Below, piece after piece: positions 1-10,374 of a stretch of DNA of 64,000 nt (its first letter is position 1; each line of letters starts with the position of its first letter). The notes under the pieces are model-generated. The model worked only from the letters and a program-made list of their open reading frames with translations, searched no databases and was not told the DNA's origin. The translations under genes and the position numbers were made by a program. This DNA comes from an uncultured bacterium (GTDB lineage: Bacteria > Bacillota > Clostridia > Oscillospirales > Ruminococcaceae). The stretch covers positions 8,182-72,181 of the forward strand of contig CAJMLQ010000002.1 in the NCBI GenBank assembly GCA_905214265.1. Direction: 5' to 3'.

Positions 1-2
1 GG

Positions 3-602
3 AAGCTGGATGTGAAAGGATGTGTATTCATCGAATATGCTCCATTGGAAACGGCCTGGGTGCCCATTGTTGGAGATAATTATCTGTACATTTATTGTCT
101 GTGGGTCACTGGCGCTTCCAAGGGCTGCGGCTACGGCAAGGCACTGATGGAATATTGCATCGCCGATGCCCGGATGAAGGGAAAATCCGGCGTCTGTATG
201 CTGGGCGCGCAGAAACAGAAGGCGTGGCTTTCCGACCAAAGCTTTGCAAAGAGGTTTGGCTTTGAGGTTGTGGACACAACCCCCGGCGGCTATGACCTGT
301 TGGCGCTGTCCTTTAATGGAAGTAAGCCTGCCTTTGCCCCCAACGCTAAACGGGAAACCATCGAAAGCCGTGAACTGACGGTCTATTACGATTTGCAATG
401 CCCCTATATTCCACAGCGGATCGAAACCCTGCAAGCCTATTGCTCGGAAAAGAAAATTCCCGCCCGCTTTATTCAAGTGGACAGTCTGGAAAAGGCGAAA
501 GAGTTACCTTGTCCCTTCAACAACTGGGCGGTTTTCTATCAGGGAAAATTTGAGACCGTAAATCAGCTGGGTGCCCCCGATTTGGAGCGGATTTTAAAAT
601 AA
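3..602 (+). CDS. GNAT-family N-acetyltransferase with C-terminal YoaP-like domain (5' end cut by window edge)
   Basis: The frame is open from base 3, so the track's start at 12 is probably internal. Acetyl-CoA motif-A-like SKGCGYGKAL. Cys-containing C-terminal segment TVYYDLQCPYIPQR...PCPFNNWAVFYQGK. Stop at 600-602. Confidence 0.65.
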   Translation, partial: KLDVKGCVFIEYAPLETAWVPIVGDNYLYIYCLWVTGASKGCGYGKALMEYCIADARMKGKSGVCMLGAQKQKAWLSDQSFAKRFGFEVVDTTPGGYDLLALSFNGSKPAFAPNAKRETIESRELTVYYDLQCPYIPQRIETLQAYCSEKKIPARFIQVDSLEKAKELPCPFNNWAVFYQGKFETVNQLGAPDLERILK

Positions 603-775
603 AATGTTTTAGAAATTCAAAAAGGGAAAGGCCTCACTCCCTTCAGTAGCACATACGGAATATAGAATTCGAACGGCGGTTTTGAAATAACAAGCAAAGT
701 CGCCGCTTCCTTTTCAAAAAGCAAGAAAAGTCGAGAGAAAAAATGCGAAATGCGGTATAATTACTACTAAAGGGG

Positions 776-1669
776 TTGAAAGGGATGAAGGAACAAACAT
801 TAGCCGTTCAGCGAATGCAGAATTGTATCGAAGAAAATCTGAGGGAAGGGATCAGCCTGTCCGATCTTGCTAAAGTATCCCTCTTTTCTCCATGGTATTC
901 CTACCGGCTATTTCGGGAGTATCTGGACTTGACTCCCACAGAGTATATTCGTAAGCTGCGGCTATCCCATGCGGCTATTCGGTTGAGAGATGAGAACTGC
1001 CATATCATTGACGTTGCTTTTGATCTTGGCTTTGGCAGTGTAGATACATTTACGAGAGCATTTTTTCGGGAATACGGGGTAAATCCCAGCAATTATGCAA
1101 AAGCACCCATACCGCTTCCTCTTTTTGTCCCTTACGGTGCGAAATACAAAGAATTGAGAAAGGAGCAGATCAATATGACGAATACGCAAACCGTTTTTGT
1201 TCAGGTCATTCACAAGCCGGAGCGTTTGTGCATCATTAAGCGGGCTGTCTGCGCAGATGACTATTTTCCCTATTGCACAGAAGTCGGTTGTGAAGTGTGG
1301 GGAATACTTGTGAGCATGAAATCCCTCTGCGGTGAGCCGGTGTGCATGTGGCTTCCTGAAAAATACCGAAAGCCCAATACTTCCATTTATGTTCAGGGCG
1401 TGGAGGTGGAAACGGATTATCTAGGAGTTATACCGGATGGCTTTGATGTGATCAAGCTGCCGGAAGCAGATTATTTGATGTTTCAGGGGCAGCCTTTCCG
1501 GGAAGAGGATTACTGCGAAGCAATTTTTGCAGTACAACACGCGATGGATGAATATGATCCTTCTGCCATCGGCTATAAGTGGGATAACGGCAATCCTCGT
1601 ATCCAGTTGGAGCCCCGCGGAGAGCGAGGTTATATCGAGCTGCGGGCGGTAAGGAGGATTACAGAGTAA
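776..1669 (+). CDS. AraC-family transcriptional regulator with GyrI-like effector-binding domain
   Basis: N-terminal AraC double HTH (LSDLAKVSLFSPWYSYRLFRE...DVAFDLGFGSVDTFTRAFFREYGVNPSNY) plus a ~170-aa C-terminal small-molecule-binding-type domain. Start is TTG 776 or ATG 785. TATAAT at 756-761 upstream. Confidence 0.85.
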   Translation: MKGMKEQTLAVQRMQNCIEENLREGISLSDLAKVSLFSPWYSYRLFREYLDLTPTEYIRKLRLSHAAIRLRDENCHIIDVAFDLGFGSVDTFTRAFFREYGVNPSNYAKAPIPLPLFVPYGAKYKELRKEQINMTNTQTVFVQVIHKPERLCIIKRAVCADDYFPYCTEVGCEVWGILVSMKSLCGEPVCMWLPEKYRKPNTSIYVQGVEVETDYLGVIPDGFDVIKLPEADYLMFQGQPFREEDYCEAIFAVQHAMDEYDPSAIGYKWDNGNPRIQLEPRGERGYIELRAVRRITE

Positions 1670-1674
1670 GAAAC

Positions 1675-1977
1675 GTGATTAAAACAAGCCGGCTTACAAA
1701 ATCTTACAACGGCAAGATCGTTCTGAACAGTCTGGACTTATCCGTGAAAGCTGGAACAGCATTTGGCCTTTTAGGCGCCGACAAAACGGGAAAAAGCACA
1801 ACAATTGCGTGTATATTGGGAACTGGAAGATTTGAAAGCGGCGAGGTCCCCCTGTTGGAGCAGAATCCGAAAAAGCAGCATCGAAGCCTTTTTTAGAAAA
1901 TCGGCGTTCAGTTTCAGGAGGGAGATTATTATCGTTATATGCACGGGGTTGCCATTCGGTTTTTAAAATGGGAATAG
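1675..1977 (+). pseudogene. Decayed ABC-transporter ATP-binding gene (N-terminal ~100 codons only, in-frame stop)
   Basis: The ABC ATPase N-terminus (IKTSRLTKSYNGKIVLNSLDLSVKAGTAFGLLG) has a degenerate Walker A, ADKTGKST. An in-frame TAG at 1894-1896 is followed in the same frame by KIGVQFQEGDYY, the usual IGVQFQE Q-loop region. LSGGQ and Walker B are absent. Confidence 0.6.
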
Positions 1978-2334
1978 AGTGAACCATTTGAAAATAAAAA
2001 AGAAAGGTTTTGAAGAACGTCCTCGCGTATGGTTTTATGGATGACAAATCTATAGGAGAAGGCTATGAAAAGACAAAACCATGACATCTGCTTTATAGCA
2101 TTCTGCTGCATGGTTTTATTTAGGAAGCGCAGAGCAGAACATCGGATTCGGTGTTCCGGCTCTGCGTTTTTCCTACCTATAAAACTAACACATTCTCCTG
2201 CAAAATCCGCCTATCGGAAAGAAAGGATATTTTGTAGAATAATGAGAGAAAGATAAAAAGGCGTGCTTGTGTGCAGAAAGGAGCAAATGATGAAAATAGC
2301 ATATTTGGAGATTCCTAATACTAAAGAGGTTACA

Positions 2335-2847
2335 ATGAGCCGATTTTACTATTTGTTGCTGATTTTTCTGACCGGTTGCCTGATCGGCTGGATATATGAA
2401 GAGATTTTTTACTGGTTTACCGAGGGGCTTCTGCGGAATCGTGGAATCCTTTACGGACCATGGCTGCCTATCTATGGCATCGGCACTCTGGCCATTTATG
2501 CCATGAAACCGCTGAAAAAACATCCGCTGCTGTTGTTTTTACTTTGCGTAGGTGCTACTGGTATAGTGGAGTACATCATTGGTTATATCGGTATCCGCTT
2601 TTTTGGAATGCGGCTTTGGGATTACAGGGGGTTGTTTCTGAATATTGATGGGATCATCTGTTTTCGAAGCGTGATGAGCTTTGGTATCATGGGTATAGCG
2701 TTTCATTATTTGATAGAGCCTATGGCAGAGAAGCTGTATCTCAGAGTCTCAACAAAAGTCATTCGGCCCACCTGCCTTGTTCTGGCTGCGTTGTTTATCA
2801 CAGACTGTATCTTGAGTTTCCTTTTCCGGACGCCGATCACATACTGA
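2335..2847 (+). CDS. Polytopic membrane protein, putative 'ABC-transporter type IV' (CmpB-like) family
   Basis: MSRFYYLLLIFLTGCLIGWIYEEIFYW...YGPWLPIYGIG pattern with multiple TM segments. RBS AAGAGG lies before ATG 2335, so the track's longer 2263 start is less likely. Confidence 0.55.
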   Translation: MSRFYYLLLIFLTGCLIGWIYEEIFYWFTEGLLRNRGILYGPWLPIYGIGTLAIYAMKPLKKHPLLLFLLCVGATGIVEYIIGYIGIRFFGMRLWDYRGLFLNIDGIICFRSVMSFGIMGIAFHYLIEPMAEKLYLRVSTKVIRPTCLVLAALFITDCILSFLFRTPITY

Positions 2848-2867
2848 TACATAGAAGGAGCAATCGA

Positions 2868-4094
2868 ATGAACCCAAAGAAATCAAGAGCCATCCCTGTC
2901 AAAATTATTACGGCGCTGGCAATCATAGCCGCCATTCTGCTGACCATCTTCCTTATCGGCCGCTATGGCTGGAAGTTGGGTGGCTTTCGCGCTTGCCAGA
3001 GCGCAGCAATTGAAAATGTGGAAGTGACCGATAGACAGGTTACCATCACTGGATATTATCCCGGCTTTTTTTCGGAAGGTTTTCTTGGCTATCACGCGGA
3101 GGAAACCGATGGAAAGCTCTATGTTGGATTCAAGTTCAGCGCGGTATTCGGCATCTTTGAGACAGGAGATTTCGACGTCACGATCCCTGTGAAGGGTGAG
3201 ATTAATGAAGTCATTGTCAAGACCCACATGAGTGAATACCCCATTTGGAATGCGGAAGATGGCGCTGTTCTGCAGTCGGAGCGTTACGGCGTCTATGTCA
3301 AATTGGAAACGAATGATGCCTATTCGCTCTCGATGTCCTATACCGGTGAAAGCCATAACATAGTGCGTTCAGCCAACGTTGTTCTGGAAAGCGGCGTGTA
3401 CCTGTTTGTGGAAAACGACATCGCCTTTGCCTCCAAGAAGACAGGAAAACCAATTCCGTTTACGCTGGTCGTGACGAAAAACGATGGCTCTGTCTTCGCA
3501 TCCGGCACATTTGTGTATGATTACAATGAGACTGCGGAAAAAATGTATCTGACTGTCACCGCAGATGGGCAGATCTTTGACGACACTGCCGGTCGTGTCC
3601 CATCCCCTGCGGAAAAGCCGACCATGCTGGAGGCCTACGCCACCGTGATCGGCGAATACTATACGACTCTGGAAGAGGAATGGGATGCTGCAGCGGTGAT
3701 GGAGGCCGGACTGAACTACCTGGTGGCAGACAGCTTCTTTGATACCCCCTTGGAGGATATTGGCTATGCAGTTACCGACCTGGATGGGGACGGCATGGAC
3801 GAACTGGCCATCGGTCCCATGGCAGGGGACGAATTTTTTGGAAAGATGGTTTTTTCCTTATACACGCTTGCCAGCGACGGCGTACCGCAGCTTTTGTTCA
3901 ACAGTACGGAGCGCAACCGTTATTATTATGCAGGTGGATCCAATTTTGCCAATCTTGGCTCCTCCGACTGGAACGAGAGCTTTGTCACAACACGGAAGCT
4001 GGAGGACAGGAAACTGATCGATGTGACGTATACCACTGACCCTGTGGATTATGTTCAGATGGAACTAACGCCATTTTCCCAATGGGTTGAATAA
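2868..4094 (+). CDS. Hypothetical N-terminally membrane-anchored protein with C-terminal DxDGDG (FG-GAP/VCBS-like) segment
   Basis: RBS GAAGGAG before the ATG. One N-terminal TM (ITALAIIAAILLTIFLIG). DLDGDGMDELAIGP motif near the C-terminus. No family assignment is possible by eye. Confidence 0.55.
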   Translation: MNPKKSRAIPVKIITALAIIAAILLTIFLIGRYGWKLGGFRACQSAAIENVEVTDRQVTITGYYPGFFSEGFLGYHAEETDGKLYVGFKFSAVFGIFETGDFDVTIPVKGEINEVIVKTHMSEYPIWNAEDGAVLQSERYGVYVKLETNDAYSLSMSYTGESHNIVRSANVVLESGVYLFVENDIAFASKKTGKPIPFTLVVTKNDGSVFASGTFVYDYNETAEKMYLTVTADGQIFDDTAGRVPSPAEKPTMLEAYATVIGEYYTTLEEEWDAAAVMEAGLNYLVADSFFDTPLEDIGYAVTDLDGDGMDELAIGPMAGDEFFGKMVFSLYTLASDGVPQLLFNSTERNRYYYAGGSNFANLGSSDWNESFVTTRKLEDRKLIDVTYTTDPVDYVQMELTPFSQWVE

Positions 4095-4108
4095 GGAGAA
4101 CAAATCGT

Positions 4109-4318
4109 ATGAAAAAAGATATACACCGCACATCCCGGTTGTTGGCCTGTGCAGGAGCCTTGATGATCGTTTCCGGTATCCTGATGGCAGTGTGTGCAAA
4201 GCTCGCATATGGCGGGATCCTCTGGGCGGCGGCGTCCTGTATGTTCTTTGCGGCATACCATTTCAGACTGGCGGAGAACAAAAAGAAGGAATCGGACGAT
4301 GAACAGGAGACTTTATAA
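4109..4318 (+). CDS. Small two-TM membrane protein (69 aa)
   Basis: RBS AAGGAG 8 nt before the ATG. Two hydrophobic helices and an acidic tail. Confidence 0.45.
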   Translation: MKKDIHRTSRLLACAGALMIVSGILMAVCAKLAYGGILWAAASCMFFAAYHFRLAENKKKESDDEQETL

Positions 4319-4510
4319 ATCTAACGAAAATAAGAGGGCGGCGGCGTCTGCGGCGGCATCACGGAGTATTCCGTATAGATTCCCACACTGGTATAGTTGG
4401 GCTGGGTGTGTTCTGCGCCATGGGAGACAGAGAATTTATTGCATACATCGTCGCTGCTATCATTATTCCTCGCAGGCCGCCGTATGGATGTATCAAAGGA
4501 GAATAGGGTT

Positions 4511-5425
4511 ATGAATAATATAATTGAAATCGATCATCTGAGTAAACGCTTCGGCGAGGTACAGGCGGTACAGAATTTGAGTTTCCGTGTGAAAGAGGGC
4601 GAACTTTTCGCTTTTTTGGGCATCAACGGCGCAGGAAAATCCACTACAATCAACATTATGTGCGGGCAGCTTGCCAAGGATGCGGGTACTGTTCATATCG
4701 GCGGTATCGATCTGGACCAAGATGCCGACGGCATAAAGCGCAGCCTCGGCGTAGTGTTCCAGAGCTCTGTGCTGGATAAAGACCTCTCGGTACGAGACAA
4801 TCTGGAGAACCGGGCGGCGCTGTACGGTATCTACGGAAGGCCTTTCAAAGAGAGACTGGCGGAGCTGGCAGAGCTGTTGGAATTTGAGGATTTGCTGAAA
4901 CGTACTGTGGGCAAGCTTTCCGGCGGTCAGCGGCGCAGAATCGACATTGCCCGGGCGCTGCTCCATAAACCACAGGTCCTAATTTTGGATGAACCGACCA
5001 CAGGCCTGGACCCCCAAACCAGAACTACCCTCTGGAGGGTGATCGAAGATCTGCGAAGGGATGAAGGCATGACAGTGTTTCTGACTACCCACTATATGGA
5101 GGAGGCTGCCGACGCGGATTATGTGGTGATTCTGGATAGTGGCAAGATTGCCGCCGAGGGTACGCCCTTGACCCTGAAAAACGCCTATACCGGAGATTTT
5201 ATCACCTTCTACGGTGCGGAGGAAGCACAGGTTAAGCAGCTGGGTGTGCCGTATGAGCCGCTTCGGAACGCTTATCGAGTATCCGTACCCAATACCGCCG
5301 CTGCTACGGAAATGATTCTGAAATATCCTGAGATTTTCCGAGACTATGAAATTATCAAAGGAAAAATGGATGATGTGTTCCTGGCGGTGACAGGTAAAAA
5401 GCTTGTGGGAGGAACAGAAAAATGA
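4511..5425 (+). CDS. ABC transporter ATP-binding protein (ABC-2/DrrA-like exporter type)
   Basis: Walker A GINGAGKST, signature LSGGQRRR, Walker B LILDEPT. RBS AAGGAG precedes ATG 4511. The track's 4397 start adds a non-homologous extension. Confidence 0.9.
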   Translation: MNNIIEIDHLSKRFGEVQAVQNLSFRVKEGELFAFLGINGAGKSTTINIMCGQLAKDAGTVHIGGIDLDQDADGIKRSLGVVFQSSVLDKDLSVRDNLENRAALYGIYGRPFKERLAELAELLEFEDLLKRTVGKLSGGQRRRIDIARALLHKPQVLILDEPTTGLDPQTRTTLWRVIEDLRRDEGMTVFLTTHYMEEAADADYVVILDSGKIAAEGTPLTLKNAYTGDFITFYGAEEAQVKQLGVPYEPLRNAYRVSVPNTAAATEMILKYPEIFRDYEIIKGKMDDVFLAVTGKKLVGGTEK

Positions 5426-6327
5426 CAGGACTTGCTTCGCTGGTTAAACGTAATACAAAATTGTATTTTAAAGACAAGGGGATGTTTTTCACTTCGCTGA
5501 TCACACCGTTGATCCTGCTGGTTCTGTACGGCACCTTCCTGAGCAATGTTTATGACGAAACCTTCCGCAGCGCCCTAGAGGCGGCAGGCGCGACGGCTTC
5601 AGACCGGCTGATTGGCGGCTGTGTGGGCGGCGAGCTGGTTTCCTCTCTGCTGGCGGTGAGCTGCGTGACGGTGGCATTCTGCTCCAATCTCTTGATGGTA
5701 CAGGACAAGATCACCGGGGCACGGCGGGATCTGACCATCGCCCCGGTCAAATTCAGCACATTGGCACTGGGCTATTATCTGTCGACTCTGTTGTCCACCC
5801 TACTGATCTGCTTTGTGGCAACGGGGATCTGCCTTGGGTATCTGGCTTATGTGGGATGGTTCCTCACCGTCGGGGATGTGGTAAGTCTGCTTTTGGATGT
5901 GATTTTGCTGGTGCTGTTCGGCACGGCTCTGTCCTCCTGTGTCAATTTTCCATTGTCCACTCAGGGGCAGGCTTCGGCGGTAGGCACCATCGTCAGCGCG
6001 GGCTATGGCTTTGTATGCGGGGCCTACATGCCCATCTCCCAGTTTTCAGAGGGCCTGCAGAAAGTCATCTCCTTCCTGCCGGGCACTTACGGAACCAGTC
6101 TGCTGCGCAACCATGCCCTGCGGGGCGTCTTTGAGGAAATGGGCAATCAGGGCTTTCCAACCGAAGTGGTGGAGGCCATCCGCGACAGTGTGGATTGCAA
6201 TCTGTATTTCTTTGGAGGCAAGGTGGAACTGAGGCATATGTATCTCGTCCTCATTTTCTCCATTGTGATCGCGATCGCCCTGTATATCGTGATGAATGTG
6301 CTGCTGCTGGGCAGAAAACAGAAATAA
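5422..6327 (+). CDS. ABC-2 type transporter permease
   Basis: ATGA start/stop overlap with the ATPase gene. Six-TM hydrophobic profile typical of ABC-2 permeases. Confidence 0.8.
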   Translation: MTGLASLVKRNTKLYFKDKGMFFTSLITPLILLVLYGTFLSNVYDETFRSALEAAGATASDRLIGGCVGGELVSSLLAVSCVTVAFCSNLLMVQDKITGARRDLTIAPVKFSTLALGYYLSTLLSTLLICFVATGICLGYLAYVGWFLTVGDVVSLLLDVILLVLFGTALSSCVNFPLSTQGQASAVGTIVSAGYGFVCGAYMPISQFSEGLQKVISFLPGTYGTSLLRNHALRGVFEEMGNQGFPTEVVEAIRDSVDCNLYFFGGKVELRHMYLVLIFSIVIAIALYIVMNVLLLGRKQK

Positions 6328-6667
6328 AGAAGCGGAGAATCTGAAAAGTCTCTTCAAGGTGTTCTGAGTCCACTCAAAGATGGCTATGATCCGGTCCTTT
6401 GAGTGGGGAAAACTCACGGTAATTGGCTGTTGCGCGATATTATCTAGTACTCGGCGGCATCGTGATCGGCACCAACTAGGAGGCGCAGCTATCTCTAACC
6501 CTGACGGGCAGCTTGAACCGGATGATGGACGTGCTGCCTCTGCAACGATATATTTATGATCAAATGGCTGTCAGGAATGGTGTGAAGAAAGCGTTCAGGC
6601 GTACAAAACGGAAAAGCAGTATCCATTAAAGAAATTTGTTTCAGCTACCTGCCCTTTATTGCAGCTG

Positions 6668-6887
6668 TCAAATACCGTCGATTTGTCTCCTTGCATACAT
6701 ATATGAACAAGCTGACAGGCGGGGTCATTTTTCTTGTTCTTTTTCTGCTTACTACGGAGTATGCGGCTTTTTATGCCGGGTAACCTATGCGGTCGCGGCT
6801 ATTGCTGCTTTGAAGGAACTGGTGATTCCCCTTCAAAGACAAACCTATGACGCAAACACCAAATCGATCTTTCAGAAGGAGTATTGA
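6668..6887 (+). pseudogene. Possible remnant of a CDP-alcohol phosphatidyltransferase-family gene (two out-of-frame C-terminal fragments)
   Basis: Frame fragments KYRRFVSLHTYMNKLTGGVIFLVLFLL...YAG* and, shifted by one base, VTYAVAAIAALKELVIPLQ. They resemble the HTY-NK-TG C-terminal region of that family. There is no start codon, and the upstream 300 nt is full of stops. Confidence 0.25.
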
Positions 6888-6888
6888 G

Positions 6889-7812
6889 ATGAGCAAATCA
6901 CGGTTTCTGCCCATAAGACGGGCGCTTATTTTTTGGACGCTGTTTATCGGTATCGGTGCGGTGTGCGGCGCGGTGGGAATGCTGGCCGATCCCACCGGCA
7001 AGCTTTTGGGAATGGATGCCATGCTGCCGTATTTTCAAAAACTTCCTTTGGCGGATATTCTTTACCGAAACTATTTATTTCCAGGCTTTGCCCTACTCGT
7101 CGTCAACGGTCTGACCAATCTGACGGCAGCGGGCTTGCTGTTGGCGCGAAAGAGGCTCGGAGTCATTCTGGGCGGCGTATTCGGCGTTACCCTGATGCTG
7201 TGGATCTGTATCCAGTTTTACATCTTTCCGCTGAATTTTATGTCTACTATTTACTTCCTTTTCGGCCTTTTGCAGGCAATCACCGGGTATATGGCGTGGG
7301 TATTTGAAAAACAGGAGCAATTCTCCGTCTCAGAGGCGGATTATTCCGGAATCGGAACCAATCCCAAACGGTTGGTGGTGTATTTTTCCCGGATGGGCTA
7401 TACGAAAAAGTCGGCGCTTGAGGAGGCCAGCCGAACCGGAGCTTATCTGTATGAGATCAAGTCTACCGAGCGGACGGCGGGAACGCTGGGCTTCTGGTGG
7501 TGCGGTCGATACGGAATGCACCGCTGGCCGATGCCCATTGAGCAGATTGACATCGACCTGACCCGTTTTGAACATGTTACAATTTGTTCTCCCATCTGGA
7601 TATTTCACCTCGCGGCACCAGTCAGAGCCTTTTGTCGGCAGGCAAGCGGAAAAATAGGAGCGGCCGATTACATTCTGGTACATCATCAAAAGAATCCATA
7701 CTGGAATGCCGCCAAAGAAATGGATCGACTTTTGAATTTGAAAAACAGCCCGGTTGTCAGTGTTTGCTGCCGCAGCGGAAAATATCTAAGCAAAATGGAG
7801 AAAACTCGATGA
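6889..7812 (+). CDS. Membrane protein fused to a flavodoxin-like domain
   Basis: RBS AAGGAG before ATG 6889. About 150-aa polytopic N-terminus, then LVVYFSRMGYTKKSALEEA...ICSPIW flavodoxin-like fold signature. Confidence 0.65.
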   Translation: MSKSRFLPIRRALIFWTLFIGIGAVCGAVGMLADPTGKLLGMDAMLPYFQKLPLADILYRNYLFPGFALLVVNGLTNLTAAGLLLARKRLGVILGGVFGVTLMLWICIQFYIFPLNFMSTIYFLFGLLQAITGYMAWVFEKQEQFSVSEADYSGIGTNPKRLVVYFSRMGYTKKSALEEASRTGAYLYEIKSTERTAGTLGFWWCGRYGMHRWPMPIEQIDIDLTRFEHVTICSPIWIFHLAAPVRAFCRQASGKIGAADYILVHHQKNPYWNAAKEMDRLLNLKNSPVVSVCCRSGKYLSKMEKTR

Positions 7813-7874
7813 GAACGCCATATTTGAAATGGTGCAAGCGGAAAAAACGGCGGTGAAACGGAACCCTAAACAGC

Positions 7875-7919
7875 AAAAATGCCCGAATTCCTGCAGAATT
7901 ACAGGAGCCGGGCATTTTT
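7875..7919. terminator. Bidirectional intrinsic terminator between convergent genes
   Basis: AAAAATGCCCG (7875-7885) pairs with CGGGCATTTTT (7909-7919). A-run and T-run flank the hairpin. Confidence 0.6.
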
Positions 7920-8048
7920 GTTGGGAAAAAGGTAATGTGTGTTGCTACCTATAATATATCATGCGCCTTCATCCGAATTTGTCGAATTGTGTCGGATGAA
8001 AAAATCTTTTGGGCCGGTGCCTGCCTCTTGCGGGAAACTGCATACTTT

Positions 8049-10195
8049 CTATCGTTCTTTCCTCTGCTGGATCCGGTAGTCATTGGGGGTCAATCCGGTC
8101 AATTTGCGGAATGTGCGGAAAAAGGTGCTGCTGTTGGTGTAGCCCACAGCCACAGAGATGTCCTGCGCCGTCAGTTTGGACTCGGCCAGCAGCTGCTTGG
8201 CGTGTTCAATGCGGCAGATATTCAACAGATTGGAAAAACTCTGGTGTACTTCGTCGCTGAAAATATGGGAGAGGTAGTAGTAGGATACATGGAATGCGGC
8301 CGCCACGGTATTCAGCGACAGGTTTGGATCCGCATAATGCTGGTGGATGTATTGAATGATGGCGCTGATAACATGTTCGTTTTTGCTCTTTTTGGGCTGG
8401 CTGCACAGGTCCGCGACAGATTGGTAGAATTGCAGTACGAATTGGAAACAGTGTTCGTTGGAATCCGCGCAGGAAAGCACGGATTCCAGGTGCTGAAGGG
8501 GCCTCTTGTCCGGGGTGTTGAGGGTATAATACACGTGACACGCCGTGGCGGTCATGCTGTGCAGCAGGCAGAAAAGCATGGGAACGGGCAGGGAACGGTT
8601 CTCCTCGTACAGCTCTTTCAGCAGGCGCTCGCAGCCCGGATAATCGCCGTTGCAGAGGGTGTTGAGGATCTCCAGTTCCCGGTCCACCGGGTAGAAGACC
8701 GGTTGCTGGCCATTTGCTCCATCTTCCTGAGTTTGGCCGGGAAGAAGCTCTGTGGTGTAACGCAGGGCCTCCCGAAAACAATGATGCAGGCCCTGGAGGG
8801 AGTCGCAGGGGGAGCTGACATTGACCTGCATTTCCGGCACCGCCGCCTGCAGCTCCTCCAGACTATGGCAGATCCGTTCAATTGCGGGGTCCTGTGGACT
8901 GTCATTTACGATCAGCGCGCAGTAGCGAGTGATCGGAAAAGGACAAAGGGTGGAGCCGTCAAATTCTAGCTGTTCCGCCGGGCAGCCATACACGACGATC
9001 ACGTAAAAACGCGGCTGCGTGAATTCCAGGTTATATTCGTTGAGCAAAATCTGGAGCTTTTTTCGTCAAAGCCAGAAGTGGTCAGGAGCTGGATCAAAAG
9101 CTGATCGCGGAGCTTTCGGGACTGCGCCTGGATCTCATCCGCGTAAAACTGATCTTGGCGGTTCATCTCGTCGAACCGCTGAAGGATCAGATCGAAATCT
9201 TCCCGGTTGGAATCTGAATTTGGAAATACCTGGACAAACAGCTTTTGGATCGGTGCGTAACGCCGGAAGGCAATGAGAAACGCGAGAAACACGCTGCCCA
9301 GGAACACCACGGCGAAGATTAGCCAGAACGTACGCTGGAACCGCAGCAGCGCTTCAAACACGGAGGACTCCGGAACATAAAAGTTGTACTGCATCTGCGT
9401 AACACCGGGAGTTTCCGAAAACTGTAAGTACCGGACGCCGTCAATCTCGATTTTGGAGCGGCTTGTGTATTCCGTCCCCGCTGTTTCCGGGAGATTGGAA
9501 GCGATCTGCTCCTGTTCGGGTGTGCAGATGCGGTAATAACTGCCGGGCATGAGCTTTTGCTCCAGCTCGTTCTGAAGCCGGCCTACGCTGAAAAACGACA
9601 GCAGATACGAGGTGCGGTGCAGATAGGCCGATGGCAGCACCTGGGCCAGACAGAAAAACTGCTGGCCGTTAGGCGCGGTCAGCAGCCCCGAATAGGCGCG
9701 CTGCTCTACCGATTGAATCCACCGGTAAAAATCCTCTCCGGAGATTCCTTTATAGTTGAGCATGGAGCGGTAGTAGTCGGAAAAGGCGTGCGTACTACCG
9801 GATGCGGAGATGAGGGTGTCTGATTCCAGAAAATACACGCAGTAGTTGGTGCAGATATCGTTTCGGATCAGGCCGTTGAGATAGCTGGAAATTTCAGATA
9901 CGCTGTTCTGCCGTTCGTAGGCGGTAAACGCAGTGGAGACGTTGAAGAGGCGATAACTGCGCAGCCCTACCAGCTTACTGGAAATGTTGATCGGCGTTTC
10001 GATATAGGAGTCCATCTGTTCAGAGACCGCCCGAAGCATCAGTTGCTCGGTCTGCAGGTACTGCTTTTGAGCGGAGCTGTTGAAGGAAGAGCTGATGAGG
10101 ATGCTGATAATGGTCAGCGGCAGCAGAATCAGCGCCAAAAAGGAGAGAAGATACGATACAAATATTTTGCTTTTCATGATGGAAAACAATTTCAT
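8049..10195 (-). pseudogene. Membrane-anchored AraC-family sensor regulator, split by a 1-nt frameshift in a homopolymer
   Basis: ORF 8999-10195 carries the N-terminal TM, sensor and second TM. ORF 8049-9047 carries the helical region and AraC HTH (NTVAAAFHVSYYYLSHIF...VGYTNSSTFFRTFRKLTGLTPNDY). The frames join at the A6 run (T6 on + strand, 9058-9063). An intact 709-aa paralog lies at 34272-36401. Confidence 0.75.
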
Positions 10196-10374
10196 AATCG
10201 AATCTCCTTTGAATTTAGCCTATCAAAAGATAAACGGTATATTATAAATTATAGTTTACCTTTTTTGGTTCTGGTTGTCAAATAAGAGAAGAAAAAACTG
10301 CAATTTTTGAGAGGAATCACAAAAAAGAGCAGACTGTTTTCGCAAAATAGAGCACACTTCGCGAATTGTGTCAA

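Noticed and set aside
4397-4510. N-terminal extension of the ABC ATPase ORF. Similar extensions occur at 12028-12141, 10368-10439, 32396-32434, 22370-22426, 23179-23265 and 56993-58609 upstream Met codons.
   Set aside because: The extensions lack homology-like sequence, overlap upstream genes or terminators, and the internal ATGs have proper Shine-Dalgarno spacing.
6369-6407. Hairpin CCACTCAAAG...CTTTGAGTGG after the ABC-2 permease, considered as its terminator
   Set aside because: The stem is reasonable but no T-run follows it, so confidence is too low to annotate it as an intrinsic terminator.
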